Virus record (IMG/VR): IMGVR_UViG_3300034071_001431
Coordinates: 32,001 to 96,000 of that record
Source of the DNA: a virus
Taxonomy: Duplodnaviria; Caudoviricetes
Strand: one strand, 5' to 3'
DNA: 64,000 nt
Part shown: piece by piece, positions 20,761 through 28,382 of the stretch
Position numbering within the stretch: position 1 is the stretch's first letter
Layout: every line of letters begins with the position of its first letter
Translations under genes and position numbers: made by a program
The notes under the pieces: generated by a model
What the model was told of the DNA's origin: nothing
Seen by the model: only the letters and a program-made list of their open reading frames with translations
Databases searched by the model: none

Positions 20761-20806
20761 AAAACTGTCCCCCAATGTATTATTTAACATTAGAGGACAG
20801 ATTATT

Positions 20807-21277
20807 TTATGCCGCTAATACGTGATGTAACCGGTCGGCTGCGTAACTTGCAGCCCATGCGTTTGGTTTAACCATTGGAATAACATTGCAGGTACCGCGA
20901 ATGTAACCAATTGCTTGTGTTACAACACAGCTTGAACCGTGTATTTCATTCGGGTTAATATCAAGATGGACAGCAACATCTCGCCCTTCTAATACTTCGT
21001 GTAGTTTTAAGTACAGTTCAGAAATTTTGTATACTTCGTTCATTAAACGCATACTTGGGCGGTTGCGTTTTTGATCGTAATCTACTTCAGTTGAGCTTTC
21101 ACCAAAGATTTTACAACCGTGTTTACCATCAATGTGAACTACAATCGCCATTGTGTATTCAGCATGCCATACACCATTCTTACGAAAGCGTGTACTATCG
21201 CCACCAATGTAGATTTTAGTTTCATCACTTTGTGCATTGATAAAATCACGTACTTCATCGAAATTCAGTTTTTTCAT
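20807..21277 (-). CDS. RNase H-like YkuK family protein
   Basis: IYIGGDS, RLMNEV, VHLDIN, KPNAWAASYAAD. Confidence 0.8.
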   Translation of the reverse strand: MKKLNFDEVRDFINAQSDETKIYIGGDSTRFRKNGVWHAEYTMAIVVHIDGKHGCKIFGESSTEVDYDQKRNRPSMRLMNEVYKISELYLKLHEVLEGRDVAVHLDINPNEIHGSSCVVTQAIGYIRGTCNVIPMVKPNAWAASYAADRLHHVLAA

Positions 21278-21287
21278 ATCCTACCCT

Positions 21288-22052
21288 TTATTCTTTTGTT
21301 ATTTTAGCTAATTTAAAAAATTCTAATAATTTTAGTACACCCCAACCAAGATCAACTTCCCACCATTTCATTGATAATTTAGGAGATGAAGGTCTAGCAT
21401 GATGATTTGCATGTAACTCTTCCCCTCCTTGAAAAATTGCCAATGGCCACATATTAAGAGCGCGGCAACGAGGGTCATACCCTTCATTAACATATCCTAT
21501 GCCGCGATGGGTTGCATACAGCGATAACACCGTACCTATAAATGCGTGATATAATATAAAAATTGCAGGAATAATGCCCGCAATACCAAACAATACAAAT
21601 ATAATACTCAGTGAAATTCTATTTCCAAGATATGGCCAACGTCGACATATATTAATATCTACCCAATTAGTGGGATCGGTTACGTCATCTGCATATTTTT
21701 TGATATCAGCAGGGCTAGTAAAAGTAGACGGGCCACCATAATCGGTTAATTGTTTTATTGAATAAAAGTACGGACTGTGTGGGTCATCTTTTGTATCGGC
21801 ATATTGGTGATGTTTTCTGTGTCTAGTTACACTACGTTTCATCCAGCCCGGTGATATCATTTGCCATGTCGTTAACCATAATATAAGACTAGTTAATTGA
21901 ACGATAACCGGATGTAGCACTGCCATTTGATGGGCTTGTACTCTATGCATGTATATTGAGTAAGTTAATCCTTGCAATTGAATTATAATAAATGCCAATA
22001 CAACCGCTCCGTGCCAGCCCGATGTGCCAACTACTCCGAAAATATATGTCAT
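21288..22052 (-). CDS. Membrane fatty-acid desaturase 4 (DesA-like)
   Basis: HRVQAH, HRKHH, GGEELHANHH, WWEVDLGW. Confidence 0.9.
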   Translation of the reverse strand: MTYIFGVVGTSGWHGAVVLAFIIIQLQGLTYSIYMHRVQAHQMAVLHPVIVQLTSLILWLTTWQMISPGWMKRSVTRHRKHHQYADTKDDPHSPYFYSIKQLTDYGGPSTFTSPADIKKYADDVTDPTNWVDINICRRWPYLGNRISLSIIFVLFGIAGIIPAIFILYHAFIGTVLSLYATHRGIGYVNEGYDPRCRALNMWPLAIFQGGEELHANHHARPSSPKLSMKWWEVDLGWGVLKLLEFFKLAKITKE

Positions 22053-22084
22053 ATATTACCCTTTATTGTATTTACTATTAGTAT

Positions 22085-22160
22085 TGGTGCAACCTGTAGG
22101 AATCGAACCTACTTCAACGGTTCTTCAAACCGCCGCTATGACCACATCAGCTAAAGTTGC
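22085..22160 (-). tRNA. tRNA-Phe(GAA)
   Basis: Cloverleaf, anticodon loop TTGAAGA, encoded CCA. Confidence 0.9.
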
Positions 22161-22161
22161 T

Positions 22162-22353
22162 TTAATCTATTACTAGGTTTTGTTCGAGTACTTGCTTGAC
22201 TTTGTGTGCCTCTGCAATAAGCTCAGCAATCTTTTCATCAATGTTAGCATACGTTACGTCACGTACATCAATGCTAACAGTAAACTTAGTATCTAAACAA
22301 AGTTCCTTGTTAGCATTTTTGGATATTTTACCCGAAGGTGATAACTTAATCAT
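22162..22353 (-). CDS. Hypothetical protein
   Basis: AAGGAG RBS. Confidence 0.65.
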   Translation of the reverse strand: MIKLSPSGKISKNANKELCLDTKFTVSIDVRDVTYANIDEKIAELIAEAHKVKQVLEQNLVID

Positions 22354-22364
22354 ATACTACTCCT

Positions 22365-22859
22365 TTACATATTGCTTTTAGTTAAGTGATGTCTATAATC
22401 ATCACGCCAATTGTGTTGCTCGTCTGGGTTATGTGTTAACCCTAACAGCTTCATTAGTTTGTGTTTAACACGTAGGTTAGGACTACGAAACTTTTCAGTA
22501 TCTCTAAAGCCCATCATAACACCAATCTCTACTACTGCACCGCTACGACATAAACCTGCATGACAGTGAACAACAATGTTTATATGCTCAGCTAACGCAC
22601 GTTGTAGCAACTGTAAAATTGCTTCTGCTTGCGCATCGCTAATCAATGGCTCTTCACCGTACTCTGCAACATCGGTATCTTCTGCATCTAAAAACTTAAA
22701 CTGATGCACTTCTTTAAATGCATGCTTTGGTGTTGGAAAAAGAGTAATAGGGTCAACGATTTGAATAAGCATAGAGTTAGCGCCAGCATCAAAGTGCTCG
22801 CCTACTTGTATGTCTTTCATACTAACGTTTTCAATCCATGGTTTAATCATCATATTCAT
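22365..22859 (-). CDS. Protein-tyrosine/dual-specificity phosphatase family protein
   Basis: HCHAGLCRS (CX5R) motif. Confidence 0.85.
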   Translation of the reverse strand: MNMMIKPWIENVSMKDIQVGEHFDAGANSMLIQIVDPITLFPTPKHAFKEVHQFKFLDAEDTDVAEYGEEPLISDAQAEAILQLLQRALAEHINIVVHCHAGLCRSGAVVEIGVMMGFRDTEKFRSPNLRVKHKLMKLLGLTHNPDEQHNWRDDYRHHLTKSNM

Positions 22860-23220
22860 CCTTATAATACTCGGGGTGTTTAGCTCTTACAATAAGATGT
22901 GTGCCCATTGCACTTCCACTGCTAAACTGTGCTCCTACCTTAAACTTTCTTCCGTTAAGTGTAAATGGTATTAATACACTATCGCCATTCCACCAACTAC
23001 GCTGTATACTAATATATCCATCTGCACCTAACTGCTCGCGCAACTTAGCAAACTCTGGGTGGTCAGCCGAACTCGTAGTCGAACATTCGCCCTTACCTTG
23101 TATAATTAAAATAAGTTCTTCTGCTGTGGGTACACGACCATTGCGTGTATACGTGTTCCACTCATCACGAATAGTTACACTTGTTAAGTATTCTGGGTCG
23201 ATTGTAAAGTCCACTACCAT
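22843..23220 (-). CDS. Hypothetical protein
   Basis: Overlapping operon ORF with GAGG RBS. Confidence 0.65.
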   Translation of the reverse strand: MVVDFTIDPEYLTSVTIRDEWNTYTRNGRVPTAEELILIIQGKGECSTTSSADHPEFAKLREQLGADGYISIQRSWWNGDSVLIPFTLNGRKFKVGAQFSSGSAMGTHLIVRAKHPEYYKDEYDD

Positions 23221-23474
23221 ACCTCACTTTTTAATATCTGTAGCATTACTTCTTGCTGTTCTTCTTCGGTTAGCTTTGCTAACTCAGGGCGATCTCTATG
23301 CTTATACCAAATCATATTACCATCAACAGTTAGTGTAACTATAGTATGTGCCTTGTAGACAAGTTGTCCGGGTAGTTGTGTACCGCGATATACCACATAC
23401 TGCCCGACGGTTCTACTACTGAACGCACGGTTCATATCTGCACCAAGTGGCCCCATGTCGCAATAGTATGTCAT
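23214..23474 (-). CDS. Hypothetical protein
   Basis: Overlapping operon ORF. Confidence 0.6.
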   Translation of the reverse strand: MTYYCDMGPLGADMNRAFSSRTVGQYVVYRGTQLPGQLVYKAHTIVTLTVDGNMIWYKHRDRPELAKLTEEEQQEVMLQILKSEVW

Positions 23475-23635
23475 CGTTTCTTTCTAATGTTTCTATTGTA
23501 CACTTCACCGTTTGGAAGTTTACCATCTATTACGCCAGCAACTCCCATCTTTCCTACAATGATAAGTTCTTCTGGCTTAATAGTTTGTAGTGCTTCTTTA
23601 TCTTTAATCCATTGCGGTTTTAATTTAGAAGTCAT
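23471..23635 (-). CDS. Small hypothetical protein
   Basis: Probable start MTSKLKPQW overlapping the upstream stop region. Confidence 0.5.
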   Translation of the reverse strand: MTSKLKPQWIKDKEALQTIKPEELIIVGKMGVAGVIDGKLPNGEVYNRNIRKKR

Positions 23636-23987
23636 ATACTTTTGGTTTTCCATCTGTGTGTAAATAATGCCACAACACTTTCTTATCGAAGTCTGCTCGT
23701 ATAGTCGGGTCACTGCACCATTTTTTAACTATGTCAGCATTACCATAACTATTGTGTGGTGCATGATGTACAATCCATTTGGCAATATTTGCCATTGATG
23801 GACTGTTTGCATGATCTGCTTTAAATGCCGCAGTAAACAGATCACCCTCGAGCATAGCAGTTAAAAAACTACCCGGCTCCATACCATGTACAAAGTATCG
23901 TACCAATGCTTCGTGGGCAGGTTTCGGAATACTATACGTTGTCTGCCAGTCATTGTATTCTAACCAATCTAATTCACTGTGTGCCAT
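23625..23987 (-). CDS. Hypothetical protein
   Basis: Probable start MAHSELDW; PGSFLTAMLEGDL motif. Confidence 0.65.
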   Translation of the reverse strand: MAHSELDWLEYNDWQTTYSIPKPAHEALVRYFVHGMEPGSFLTAMLEGDLFTAAFKADHANSPSMANIAKWIVHHAPHNSYGNADIVKKWCSDPTIRADFDKKVLWHYLHTDGKPKVYDF

Positions 23988-23988
23988 G

Positions 23989-24387
23989 TTACTGCTCTCT
24001 TTTAAAAGAAACTTCCTCTGAATAGTAACCGTTGCTTGAACCATACCATCTGATGTCAACGTACCCTTTGCGAGTTGCTAATTTATAAAATGTCCATGTG
24101 TGTGACCCGTATTCATCTTCTTCTACTTCACCTGCAGATTTAATCAAGTCAAATAAGTTTTGTGCTTCTTCTGCCATTAAGATTTCTTCGCCAACTAAGT
24201 CAGCTAAGTCACCAACGATAGATTCGATTGATACTGATTCACAACAAGATTGTTCGTGATACAAAGTGTATACTTCGCCGTCTGTAGTCACAAACTTCAT
24301 TTCATCGTTGTATTCGTTGACTACTACGCTTGTCAACACTTTACCTTTTAATTCGTTAAATTCTACTTCTTTATAGTTGTAAGACAT
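23989..24387 (-). CDS. Conserved phage hypothetical protein
   Basis: AAGGAGG RBS; HEQSCCE, TWTFY, SNGYYSE motifs. Confidence 0.75.
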   Translation of the reverse strand: MSYNYKEVEFNELKGKVLTSVVVNEYNDEMKFVTTDGEVYTLYHEQSCCESVSIESIVGDLADLVGEEILMAEEAQNLFDLIKSAGEVEEDEYGSHTWTFYKLATRKGYVDIRWYGSSNGYYSEEVSFKREQ

Positions 24388-24413
24388 AATAGCCTCCTTT
24401 TTTAATTAAGTGT

Positions 24414-24442
24414 ATTATACATTCATATTGTTGTTTTGTCAA
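24414..24442 (-). promoter_or_regulatory. Sigma70-type promoter
   Basis: TTGACA-17-TATAAT. Confidence 0.85.
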
Positions 24443-24450
24443 TCGAAATT

Positions 24451-24524
24451 TGGAGCGGCTAGCGAGAATCGAACTCGCGATTAAACTTTGGCAAAGTTTT
24501 AGGTTTCCATTACATCATAGCCGC
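24451..24524 (-). tRNA. tRNA-Gly(GCC)
   Basis: Cloverleaf, loop TTGCCAA, TCCA end. Confidence 0.9.
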
Positions 24525-24533
24525 ATTTTAATC

Positions 24534-24597
24534 TTACTGCTCAGTAACATTTGAACTGATTTAGCCGGTTTTGACGGCAAATGTTACTGAGCAGTAA
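24534..24597. repeat. Perfect 20-bp inverted repeat
   Basis: TTACTGCTCAGTAACATTTG / CAAATGTTACTGAGCAGTAA, 24-nt loop. Confidence 0.9.
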
Positions 24598-24606
24598 CAT
24601 TTTATT

Positions 24607-24684
24607 TGGTGCGCCCGGAGGAAATCGAATCCCCAACCTCATGCTTCGTAGGCATGTGCTCTAATCCAATTGAGCTACGGTCGC
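24607..24684 (-). tRNA. tRNA-Arg(ACG)
   Basis: Cloverleaf, loop CTACGAA, CCA. Confidence 0.9.
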
Positions 24685-24763
24685 ATTAAAACTACTATGC
24701 TAGTATTTTAGAAGTATTATAAGGATAGTTGCCTAAAATACTACTATACTAGCTTTTATGATT

Positions 24764-24833
24764 TGGAGCCCCCGAACGGTATCGAACCGCTTCTTTCGGC
24801 TTCGAAGGCCAAAGTCCGTCCATCGGCGGGGGC
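24764..24833 (-). tRNA. tRNA-Arg(TCG), D-arm truncated
   Basis: 7-bp acceptor, loop CTTCGAA, TTCGATA T loop, CCA; only 70 nt. Confidence 0.7.
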
Positions 24834-24839
24834 ATTGTT

Positions 24840-24916
24840 TGGTAGAGATGGTAGGATTTGAACCTACGGTAGCTTGCGTATGAAGCAAGTGCATTAGGCC
24901 ACTATGCTACATCTCT
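24840..24916 (-). tRNA. tRNA-Met(CAT), probably elongator
   Basis: Cloverleaf, loop TTCATAC, CCA. Confidence 0.8.
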
Positions 24917-24926
24917 ATATCGAAAG

Positions 24927-25003
24927 TGGAGTATGTGACAGGAGTCGAACCTGCATAATACGGGGTTGCAATCCGCAGCTTATCCATTCAGCTACACACA
25001 TAC
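24927..25003 (-). tRNA. tRNA-Cys(GCA)
   Basis: Loop TTGCAAC, U73 discriminator, CCA. Confidence 0.85.
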
Positions 25004-25009
25004 ATTGTT

Positions 25010-25085
25010 TGGCACCCCCTGATGGACTCGAACCACCGAATGACAGGATCAAAACCTGTTGCCTTACCAGCTTGGCGAAGAGGGT
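25010..25085 (-). tRNA. tRNA-Gln(TTG)
   Basis: Loop TTTTGAT, GCCA end. Confidence 0.9.
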
Positions 25086-25236
25086 ATAAGTGATATTTTT
25101 AGAATGAGTTGGGAGTTATCCTCCCCGGATGTCCGTAATCCTAAGTTCGAGGTTGCAACTCCTTAGGGGTCACTAGTAAATTCTAGCTATAGCAGGGTGC
25201 GCATTGTTAAGTGGCGAGCCCGGACAATTCTTTGTT

Positions 25237-25311
25237 TGGTCCGGCGTGAGGGAATCGAACCCCCAACTAGGGAGTAGAAATCCCCTGTTATGTCCATTTA
25301 ACTAACACCGG
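25237..25311 (-). tRNA. tRNA-Arg(TCT)
   Basis: Stem GGGGA/TCCCT, loop TTTCTAC. Confidence 0.85.
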
Positions 25312-25317
25312 AATTAC

Positions 25318-25407
25318 TGGCGGAGAGTCAGGGAGTCGAACCCTGTCAACCGTATAAAGGGTTGTACACCTTAGCAGGGTGGTGCCTTACCGTCCGGCCC
25401 ACTCTCC
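25318..25407 (-). tRNA. tRNA-Ser(GCT)
   Basis: Long variable arm, loop CTGCTAA, GCCA. Confidence 0.9.
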
Positions 25408-25417
25408 AAATGCTATA

Positions 25418-25828
25418 TTACATTGTTACTTTAGGTTTTGCTTGTTTTTTATTATTTTTAAGTATGCCATATACAGCACCGCATAACCATTGCCCTTGTG
25501 CATCATACATCTTGTCACCGCTAATGTCCCAAAAGTATGTATTGGATTCACCGCTTGGATAAGCATTAATTAATGTGCCACGTTGCTTTAATAAGCATTC
25601 TTCAACATCAATAGCAGATACAAATACAAGGTCGGTGTTTACATATTGCATATTGACAAATATACCTGTACTTTTTTTAGTACCTTTTTTGTATTCTTTA
25701 ACCTTTACTGATTCAACATCAGCAATTAAACGTACTCCATCACCCGAATCAGTTACCACTGCCCAATTTTCAGCGTGTGCTGTGATTGTAAACAAAAGTG
25801 CTAACGATAATACTACAGTGCGTAACAT
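25418..25828 (-). CDS. Secreted/periplasmic hypothetical protein inside the tRNA array
   Basis: AAGGA RBS, signal peptide ending AHA, two Cys. Confidence 0.75.
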   Translation of the reverse strand: MLRTVVLSLALLFTITAHAENWAVVTDSGDGVRLIADVESVKVKEYKKGTKKSTGIFVNMQYVNTDLVFVSAIDVEECLLKQRGTLINAYPSGESNTYFWDISGDKMYDAQGQWLCGAVYGILKNNKKQAKPKVTM

Positions 25829-25846
25829 ATTATTCCTTAATAAAAT

Positions 25847-25936
25847 TGGCGGAAGCGGTGAGATTCGAACTCACGGAGCATTTCTGCTCGGCAGTTTTCA
25901 AGACTGCAGCCATAAACCAGACTCGACCACACTTCC
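25847..25936 (-). tRNA. tRNA-Ser(TGA)
   Basis: Long variable arm, loop CTTGAAA. Confidence 0.92.
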
Positions 25937-26081
25937 ATTTAAAATTTATTATAGCAAGTCACCGCCTTATTCGTCAACCGAAGTTGTGATCTTTTCCTTG
26001 CCTGACAGCTTTTTCAACTAGGGTTTTTCAATACTACCTGGATGCTGTTTACCCCAAACACGTAGCGGTACAAAGATTCTT

Positions 26082-26156
26082 TGGTGCATCGAGAAGGTAA
26101 CGATCCTTCCGCCTATCGCTTATCAAGCGAGTGCTCTACCTCTGAGCTACCGATGC
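26082..26156 (-). tRNA. tRNA-Ile(GAT)
   Basis: Loop TTGATAA; atypical T loop ATCGTTA. Confidence 0.85.
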
Positions 26157-26305
26157 ATATAAAAGGTTTTTGAGCGCCTAGCTATCTGTACCGGACAGCC
26201 TTGCTAGATTGTCTCGAATCGGAGAGATCAACATATTTCGCGCAATTCCATAATCCATTGATGCGGACGCTACTTAGGACTCAATCCAACCGTCTATCTC
26301 AAAAC

Positions 26306-26380
26306 TGGCTCCGAAGGGTGGGATCGAACCACCGACCAAAAGATTAACAGTCTTCTGCGCTACCGCTACGCTACTTCGGA
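26306..26380 (-). tRNA. tRNA-Asn(GTT)
   Basis: Loop CTGTTAA, GCCA. Confidence 0.92.
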
Positions 26381-26387
26381 ATTGACT

Positions 26388-26464
26388 TGGTGGAAGATAA
26401 AGGGATCGAACCTTTGACCTTGGCCTTGTAAGGGCCCTGCTCGTACCAGCTGAGCTAATCTTCC
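26388..26464 (-). tRNA. tRNA-Val(TAC)
   Basis: Loop CTTACAA, ACCA. Confidence 0.9.
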
Positions 26465-26471
26465 TATAATA

Positions 26472-26547
26472 TGGTGGAGGTGACAAGGATCGAACTTGCT
26501 ACATCCTGCTTGCAAAGCAGGCGCTCTCCCAAATGAGCTACACCCCC
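26472..26547 (-). tRNA. tRNA-Ala(TGC)
   Basis: G3-U70 pair, loop TTTGCAA. Confidence 0.93.
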
Positions 26548-26844
26548 GTATTTCTTTTCTATAATATATAATGTTCATCTACTTTGTTAGTAGTGGACTG
26601 TACCGCGCAGTCACTTTCTATAATGTTACACGATAGTAATAAGTGTTTTGCTACTTCGCACTACCAAAGCCCAAAACTGAGTAGTTACCCTGTCCAACTG
26701 TTTCCTTATGGGTGCAACAGTAAATAACCTACGCATTTCTCAAGTCGCTCACGTAATAAGCCTTGCAGTAGAGCGTATGCACTGTGCTAGTATGGTCATT
26801 AGCAATATACCCACTTTGATAAAGTAAAAGTGTAACCTGGTGTT

Positions 26845-26918
26845 TGGAGCGGGATATCAGAATCGAACTGATGACAGAAGTTTGGAAAACTCCAGTTTTG
26901 CCATTAAACTAATCCCGC
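26845..26918 (-). tRNA. tRNA-Gly(TCC)
   Basis: Loop TTTCCAA, TCCA. Confidence 0.92.
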
Positions 26919-26922
26919 ATGT

Positions 26923-27007
26923 TGGTGCGAATGGTCGGACTTGAACCGACATGCCCTGCGGCGAGGGATTTTAAGTCCCTTGTGTATACCAATTTCACCA
27001 CACTCGC
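26923..27007 (-). tRNA. tRNA-Leu(TAA)
   Basis: Long variable arm, loop CTTAAAA. Confidence 0.93.
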
Positions 27008-27015
27008 TTTACTAC

Positions 27016-27100
27016 TGGTGCGGCTGGTCAGACTCGAACTGACACGTCTTTCGACACGAGCTTCTAAGACTCGCATGGCTACCAATTACATCACAACCGC
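27016..27100 (-). tRNA. tRNA-Leu(TAG)
   Basis: Long variable arm, loop CTTAGAA. Confidence 0.92.
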
Positions 27101-27538
27101 TTTTTTCTTTCTGCCACCCTTACGATTAAGAGCAATTTTTCTTTTGTGCTCTTCAGTTAGGGTCTTACCTTTATTTGCTTTGCCGCCAGCAGATTTATTA
27201 CCTTTAGCGTTTAATCTACAAGCTTCTTCGTAACCATATTTGGCAACTGTTCTGTCCCAAATTGAATTGCCAGGGCCTTGATCTAATCTATTTTCTTGTG
27301 CTGTACCCCAATATAAATGATTAGGATTACTACACTTTTCGTTATTACAAGCATGACAGATATGTATCTTGTGCCCGCTCGGAATAGTTGTGTTTAGTAT
27401 ATGAGCCATTAAACCTTTACAATAACTAGACAATCCACCTTTTATAGGTCCGCCTCGTTCTATACAGGGTTCTGTTAAAACTAAGTGCTGCTGTCTTGCT
27501 TCTTTAGGCTGTGTAATGTATTCTTCTATTAATAACAT
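27086..27538 (-). mobile_element. Free-standing HNH homing endonuclease with NUMOD3-like tail
   Basis: ICHACNNEKCSNPNHLYWGTAQEN; KGKTLTEEHKRKIA. Confidence 0.8.
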
Positions 27539-27590
27539 TTCGTATCTCCTTATGTTTATTTAGCTAAACACAGTGAAAAACGTTAATTAA

Positions 27591-27617
27591 TGTGTATACC
27601 AATTCCACCAAAGAGGC
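27591..27617 (-). pseudogene. 5' fragment of a tRNA-Leu-like gene
   Basis: GCCTCTTTGGTGGAATTGGTATACACA matches the acceptor 5' strand and D arm of the neighbouring Leu(TAA); no anticodon or T arm follows. Confidence 0.7.
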
Positions 27618-27630
27618 ATTATTGTATTTT

Positions 27631-27706
<76 letters not shown>

Positions 27707-27715
27707 GATAAGATT

Positions 27716-27883
27716 TTATTTAACTAAGCGTGATTCCAATATAGCAATCCTGTTACGGAGTTTTGCTTTATCTTTACCTTTGCTAGCTTTATCCAACAAT
27801 GTATTTAGTTGGGTTAAATTCAAGGGACCTAATTTAGGTTTGCCTGTGCGTGTTTTCATTGAATCTGCTTTTTTAATTGCCAT
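27716..27883 (-). CDS. 55-aa basic hypothetical protein MAIKKADS...
   Basis: AGGGGA RBS; the longer ORF call overlaps tRNA-fMet. Confidence 0.65.
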   Translation of the reverse strand: MAIKKADSMKTRTGKPKLGPLNLTQLNTLLDKASKGKDKAKLRNRIAILESRLVK

Positions 27884-27901
27884 GTTATTCCCCTGTGTAT
27901 T

Positions 27902-27976
27902 TGGTTGCGGAGGACGGATTCGAACCGCCGATCTAAAGGTTATGAGCCTTCCGGGTTGCCACTTCCCCACCCCGCG
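27902..27976 (-). tRNA. Initiator tRNA-fMet(CAT)
   Basis: CGCGGGG start, C1:A72 mismatch, loop CTCATAA. Confidence 0.88.
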
Positions 27977-28152
27977 ATAAAAGTTCTGCGGCCAGTACAG
28001 GCCTGTTATCATGTGCAGAATCATGGCTAATTTCAAAGATGGAGTTTCACCATAGGCATTAACTACCCTTCGGACGGTTTGCTATTCTCTCCTAACCTCG
28101 AATACATAATGTAATAGCTTTCTTCCATGTACTTATTTGTTACTATCTATAC

Positions 28153-28181
28153 AGTGTAGCAGTTTTGATATGTGTTGTCAA
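28153..28181 (-). promoter_or_regulatory. Internal sigma70-type promoter in the tRNA array
   Basis: TTGACA-17-TACACT. Confidence 0.7.
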
Positions 28182-28382
28182 CTACTACTACTTAAATTAA
28201 ATGCTCTGACGGGTGTGCGCGGTAGACTCCAGCATCACTTAATGGACTACATGCCTTTCGCCGCTGGCCACACCCCGCTCTCGGATTGCCACCGCTAGTT
28301 TGGTAAGACTAGAACCACCCTTGGCTATCACACCACTTCTCATCGTGCGGGTCACAATATCCATTGATTAGATGGAACGTCC

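Noticed and set aside
24557-24569. 13-nt match TGATTTAGCCGGT between a hairpin loop and the neck-gene stop region near 57868
   Set aside because: A single short match, plausible by chance given the number of loop positions inspected.
24534-24597. LexA (SOS) box
   Set aside because: CTG and CAG are separated by 2 nt, not 10.
25237-25311. Possible amber suppressor (CTA visible in the anticodon loop) and genome recoding
   Set aside because: Stem pairing centres the loop on TCT (Arg); core genes are intact under the standard code and TAG is used as a normal stop.
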